64,000 nucleotides of DNA, taken from an uncultured Candidatus Rokubacteria bacterium (GTDB lineage Bacteria > Methylomirabilota > Methylomirabilia > Rokubacteriales > DASRDR01). Shown piece after piece: positions 59,468 to 64,000 of this stretch. The stretch is from assembly GCA_963805625.1 (NCBI GenBank), contig CAWDVE010000010.1, forward strand, positions 1,600,001-1,664,000, given 5' to 3'. Positions within the stretch are counted from its first letter, which is position 1, and each line of letters starts with the position of its first letter. The notes beneath the pieces were generated by a model. It was not told the origin of the DNA. It was given only the letters and a program-made list of their open reading frames with translations, and searched no databases. Made by a program: the position numbers and the translations under genes.

Positions 59468-60043
59468 ATGGACCAGCTCAGACCGGCGGTCGTGATCCTG
59501 GTGCTGCTGACGCTCGTCACCGGCGTGGCCTACCCGCTCCTGGTGACGGGCATCGCCCAGGCCGTCTTCCCGAGTCAGGCGAACGGGAGCCTGGTCGTCC
59601 GGAACGGCAAGGTGGTGGGATCGAGCCTGATCGGGCAGCCATTCGACGATCCCAAGTACTTCTGGGGGCGCCTCTCGGCGACGGCGCCGTTCCCCTACAA
59701 CGCCGGTGCGTCCAGCGGGTCCAACTACGGCCCGCTCAACCCGGCGTTGTCGGCGGCGGCCAAGGGGCGGATCGACACGCTGCGCGAGGCCGATCCCAGC
59801 AACACGACGCCGATCCCCGTCGACCTGGTGACCGCCTCGGGGAGCGGGCTGGATCCGCACATCAGTCCGGCGGCCGCTTTCCATCAGGTCCCGCGGGTGG
59901 CCAAGGCGCGGGGGGTGGGTCCGGCGCAGGTGCGCCGCCTGGTCGAGCAGCACATCGAGGGCCGGCAGCTAGGCGTCCTCGGGGAACCTCGGGTCAACGT
60001 GCTGCAGCTGAATCTCGCGCTCGATGGCGCCCTTCAGGGATGA
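59468..60043 (+). CDS. kdpC: K+-transporting ATPase subunit C
   Basis: [38 protein letters not shown]. Confidence 0.97.
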   Translation: MDQLRPAVVILVLLTLVTGVAYPLLVTGIAQAVFPSQANGSLVVRNGKVVGSSLIGQPFDDPKYFWGRLSATAPFPYNAGASSGSNYGPLNPALSAAAKGRIDTLREADPSNTTPIPVDLVTASGSGLDPHISPAAAFHQVPRVAKARGVGPAQVRRLVEQHIEGRQLGVLGEPRVNVLQLNLALDGALQG

Positions 60044-60879
60044 CGATGATCCGCCGGGTTCTCGTCGCCATGGACGGCTCCGCTCACGGCGCGGCCGCGA
60101 CCGCACTCGCCATCGAGTGGGCGCGCCGCTTTGACGCCGAACTGATTGGGCTCGGCATCCTCGACAAGCCCTCCATCACGAGTCCCGAGCCTGTATCGTT
60201 CGGGGGCATGGCCTTCAAGCGCCAGCGCGACGAGGCCCGACTGGCGGACGCGCACCGGCAGGTCGTCCACCTCCTCGCGGACTTCCGCCAGCGCTGCGAC
60301 ACGGCGCAGGTGCGGTGCTCCGTGGTGGAAGACATCGGCGCGCCGCACGAACAGATCGTCGCGGAGGCGTACGCGTGCGACCTGGTCCTGCTCGGCCGGG
60401 AAACCCACTTCCAGTTCGAAACGCAGGATCACCCCGATTCAACGCTCGGCAAGGTGTTCCGCGAGAGCCCCCGCCCTGTCGTCGTCGTCCCCCGTGACCC
60501 CGCGCCGGGGGAGGGCGTCCTCGTGGCGTACGGGAGTGGCCGAGAGGTTGCCCGGACACTCCAGACGTTCACACTCCTCGGCCTAGCCGACGACGAGCCC
60601 GTCTGTCTCCTCGCCGTCGACCATGACCTGGCTCGGGCCGAGGCGCGGCTGCACCCGGCGGGCCAGTTCCTCACCGCTCACGGCCTGCGGGTCGCTCTCC
60701 AGCCGGTGGCGTCCAAGGCCCCGCGGGCAGCACTCATCCTTGACGAGGTCCGCCGTCAGCGACCGCGCATGGTGGTGATGGGCGCGCACGGACACCACGC
60801 CGTCCGCGACCTCTTCTTCACGTCGGTCACCCGCGCCGTGCTCAAGGAAGCACCTGTCCCGGTGTTGGTAGGCGCGTGA
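60040..60879 (+). CDS. Tandem-domain universal stress protein
   Basis: [42 protein letters not shown]; ATGA overlap with kdpC. Confidence 0.9.
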   Translation: MTMIRRVLVAMDGSAHGAAATALAIEWARRFDAELIGLGILDKPSITSPEPVSFGGMAFKRQRDEARLADAHRQVVHLLADFRQRCDTAQVRCSVVEDIGAPHEQIVAEAYACDLVLLGRETHFQFETQDHPDSTLGKVFRESPRPVVVVPRDPAPGEGVLVAYGSGREVARTLQTFTLLGLADDEPVCLLAVDHDLARAEARLHPAGQFLTAHGLRVALQPVASKAPRAALILDEVRRQRPRMVVMGAHGHHAVRDLFFTSVTRAVLKEAPVPVLVGA

Positions 60880-60944
60880 AACGCGAAGGGTATGCCGTGA
60901 AAGTGACGGGCCCCGGTAGCCCGAGCAACGTGGAGTCGTTCAGC

Positions 60945-61730
60945 ATGGCTCGTCAAGATTCGGAGTCCGTGTGGATTGCCATCGGCGCGCTCGGCGCAAT
61001 GGCGCTCGGGGTGGCCCTGATTCCCTTCCGGACACTCACGTCCGCGTCGAATCTCGCCTTCGCCTTCCTGGCGCTGACGATTGTCGTGGCCGAGGTCGGC
61101 GGGCGCGCCGCCGGGCTCGCAACGGCCATCACCTCAGCGCTCAGCCTCAACTTCTTCCTGACCGAGCCCTACTTGACGCTGACCATCAACCGACCCGACG
61201 ACATCGTCGCCTTCCTCGCTCTGGCCGCTTCCGGACTGATCGCCGCTGCGTTCGGGCGGCGACGGGCGCGTTCGTCCGAAATGCTGGGGCGGGCGCGTGA
61301 CGACATCGGGGCACTCGAGCGACTCGCCGGGAGCTTGACCCCGAACGCGTCGCTGGAGGCGGTGCTCGAGGATCTCCGGCGCGCGTTTCGTCTCGCGGCC
61401 ATCGTCCTCCGGCGCGCCGAGGATCGCGTGGTCGCTGCGACTCCCGCGGACTCTGCGGCCCGGCCAACGCCGGCCGCCCCGTTGAATCCGCGTACCTTCC
61501 TTAGCGACGAACGTCGCCATCGGCTCGGCCGACGGGGCTTTCGGCTACCAGAAGGCGGCGGGCGGCTCCGCCTCGCGGGAGAGCCGGAGCCGCTCTGGCT
61601 CGATCTCTGGGAAGGCGACGAGGAAGGGCTCAGCGGAGACGAACAGCGTGCGCTGGTCGTGGCGGCAGCGATACTCAGACTGGCCCTTCGGCCAGACCCG
61701 ACGCTCAGCGCGCGGGCCTCGGTGAGGTAG
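60945..61730 (+). CDS. Stand-alone DUF4118 (KdpD transmembrane) domain protein, copy 2
   Basis: Paralog of 54345..55106 (GGR..GLATA, SLNFFLTEPYL, GLIAAAFG, GFR.P.GGGRL). Confidence 0.8.
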   Translation: MARQDSESVWIAIGALGAMALGVALIPFRTLTSASNLAFAFLALTIVVAEVGGRAAGLATAITSALSLNFFLTEPYLTLTINRPDDIVAFLALAASGLIAAAFGRRRARSSEMLGRARDDIGALERLAGSLTPNASLEAVLEDLRRAFRLAAIVLRRAEDRVVAATPADSAARPTPAAPLNPRTFLSDERRHRLGRRGFRLPEGGGRLRLAGEPEPLWLDLWEGDEEGLSGDEQRALVVAAAILRLALRPDPTLSARASVR

Positions 61731-61738
61731 CGTCGCCC

Positions 61739-63629
61739 GTGTCGATGCACGCCGTCAAACGCGCCCTTCTGGGCCGACCCATCCCCACATCGCACGAGAT
61801 GCACGAGCGCCTTGGGCGAGCGACCGGCCTGGCCGTGTTCGCCTCGGACGCGCTCTCGTCCAGCGCATACGCCACGGAGGAGATCCTCCTGATCCTCGCG
61901 CTGGCCGGCGCCGGGGCGCTCCACGTCGGAGTACCGATCTCGCTGGGGATTGCGATGCTAATCGCCATCGTGGTGAGCTCCTACCGACAGACGATTCTCG
62001 CCTATCCGAGCGCTGGCGGCGCTTACATCGTCAGTCGGGAGAACCTCGGCACGTATCCCAGTCTCGTCGCGGGTGCCGCGTTGCTGACGGACTACGTGCT
62101 CACCGTCTCGGTGAGCGTCGCCGCGGGCATCGCCGCCGTCACGTCTGCCATACCGACCCTCTATCCGTATCGGGTCGAGCTCTGCCTCCTCGGGGTTTTC
62201 TTGATCACGGTCGCGAACCTGCGCGGCGTCCGCGAATCGGGGCGGTTGTTCGCAGTCCCGACATACGCCTTCATCGCGTCCTACGTTCTCATGATCGGCT
62301 GGGGTGCCATCGTCTGGGCGCGAGCGGGCGCGGGGGGTGAACTTGCCGCGTCAGCGATGCTCCCGCGAGACCGGTGCCCAGGAGCTGACGCTGTTCCTGA
62401 TCCTCCGTGCGTTCGCATCCGGTTGCGTCGCTCTCACGGGGATCGAGGCCGTTTCGAATGGGGTACCAGCCTTCCGACCGCCGGAGGCCCAGAATGCTCG
62501 GCAGGTGCTCGTGCTACTCGGAGCCGTGCTCATCGGCCTCTTCGTCGGGATCACGTTTCTCGCGAACGGCTTCGGACTGACACCGACCGCCCAGGAGACC
62601 ATCAACTCTCAGCTGGCTCGCCGCGTCTTCGGCGAAGGCAGCGTCCTCTACTACCTCGTACAGGCCCTGACTACGCTGATCCTGGTCATCGCCGCGAACA
62701 CGAGCTTCGCGGACTTTCCCAGGCTCTCGTCATTCATGGCGCGCGACCGGTTCATGCCGCGCCAGCTGGCCAGTCGAGGGGATCGATTGGCCTTCTCGAA
62801 CGGCATCATCATCCTGGCGGCGCTGAGCGCCCTCCTGCTCGTCGTCTTCCACGCGGAAACGCATGCGCTGATCCCCCTCTATGCCATCGGTGTCTTCGTG
62901 TCGTTCACGCTTTCCCAGGTCGGCATGGTGCGCTTCTGGTTCCGCGAGCGAGGGCCTCGCTGGCCGAGGCGGGCCGTGCTGAACGCGATGGGCGCGGCGG
63001 CGACCGGCGTCGTGACGCTGATCATCGCCACCACCAAGTTCACGCATGGTGCCTGGCTCGTGATCCTGCTGATCCCGCTGCTAGTGCTCCTCCTCGTGAC
63101 TATCCGGCGACACTACGACGACGTCGCGGACCAGCTCTCCCTCGAGGGGCTGGAGCCACAAGAGCTGCCTCCTGGACGCCATAACGTCCTCGTCCTGGTG
63201 GGTGACGTCCACCGTGGCGTGCTGGGGGCCATCCGCTACGCCCGGGCCATCTCACCGAATGCGCGCGCCATGTACGTCGAGATCGATGCCGAGAGCCGGC
63301 GAAGGCTCGAGCAACGCTGGACCAAGTGGGCGAACGGAATGCCTTTGGTGGTGTTGCGATCGCCGTATCGTTCCGTGGTCGGCCCACTCCTCGAGTACGT
63401 GGATCGCCTCCAGCGGGAGGCCCCGGACGCGCTGATCACCATCATCCTGCCCGAGTTCCTGCCGGTCCGTTGGTGGCAACAGCTGCTCCACAACCAGACG
63501 GCGCTGCTGATCAAGGGCGCGCTGCTGTTCCGCCGGGGTATCATCGTGACCGACGTCCCCTATCACCTTGCGGCGAAGGCTCAAGAGGCCAACGGGAAGA
63601 CCCACGGGCCGCCCTCCGCAACACGGTGA
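61739..63629 (+). CDS. KimA/YdaO-like APC-family K+ transporter, frameshifted near 62330-62370
   Basis: FASDALSSSAYATEE, SYRQ, GGAYIV, DYVLTV, NLRGVRESG; then second frame RAFASGCVALTGIEAVSNG, FADFPRL, LIPLYAIGVF, SPYRS, LHNQ. Confidence 0.88.
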
Positions 63630-63662
63630 GCCTCACTGGGCCTCGTCGGCTAGACTGCAGGC

Positions 63663-64000
63663 GTGAACGACCACCGCCCGGATCCTGACGCGCTCCTGAC
63701 TCGAGTCCGGGAGGAGCAGGCTCGCCAGGGTCGCGGGAAGCTCAAGGTCTTCTTCGGGGCCGCCGCCGGTGTCGGGAAGACCTACGCGATGCTGGAGGCC
63801 GCGCGCGCCCAGCAGGCCGCGGGCGTCGACGTGGCTATCGGCTGGGTGGAGACGCACGGCCGGGCCGAGACGGAGGCACTCCTCCCCGGGCTAGAGCGGC
63901 TGCCGCCGCGCGCGGTCGAGTACCGCGGCACGACCCTGCGTGAGTTCGATCTCGACGCGGCCCTGGCCCGGCGCCCCGCCCTCATTCTCGTCGACGAGCT
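63663..64000 (+). CDS. kdpD: Sensor histidine kinase KdpD, N-terminal part (runs off window)
   Basis: RPDPDALL, RGKLKVFFGAAAGVGKTYAML, VETHGR, EFDLDAALARRPALILVDE. Confidence 0.95.
   Translation, partial: MNDHRPDPDALLTRVREEQARQGRGKLKVFFGAAAGVGKTYAMLEAARAQQAAGVDVAIGWVETHGRAETEALLPGLERLPPRAVEYRGTTLREFDLDAALARRPALILVDE

Overview
High-GC (roughly 70%, by eye) bacterial chromosomal segment. Gene style is compatible with Candidatus Rokubacteria/Methylomirabilota, which is inference only. No rRNA, tRNA, CRISPR array or intact mobile element was recognised. Contents in order: thiolase/DUF35 pair; type III PKS-methyltransferase-flavoprotein cluster; SirB1-like protein; GH57; RRM protein; a beta-propeller-TlpA redoxin fusion; Liv-type ABC importer with XRE-cupin regulator; a methionine/one-carbon cluster (CMD protein, two MetE-core enzymes, MidA-like methyltransferase, MetF-MetV fusion); orphan E1-alpha; sulfurtransferase; an ECF sigma/anti-sigma locus; PotABCD-like importer with choline kinase; large GT-C glycosyltransferase; ArsR-led Ehr (Ni-less hydrogenase-4-like) operon; CoxMSL-like molybdoenzyme; aldehyde dehydrogenase; and an extended kdp potassium island. 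Main results missed by the ORF track: (1) two probable selenoproteins with in-frame UGA at catalytic Cys positions, each followed by a SECIS-like hairpin (UxxC redoxin-propeller fusion at 8880-10253; MerB-like lyase at 25562-26236); (2) matching divergent ECF promoters (GTAAC-N16-CGTA) that would link the Sec-MerB operon to a membrane-lipid-modifying operon; (3) two identically spaced KdpE-like promoter boxes and two stand-alone KdpD-membrane-domain proteins. Several deletion scars and two single frameshifts (kdpB, KimA-like) are also present.
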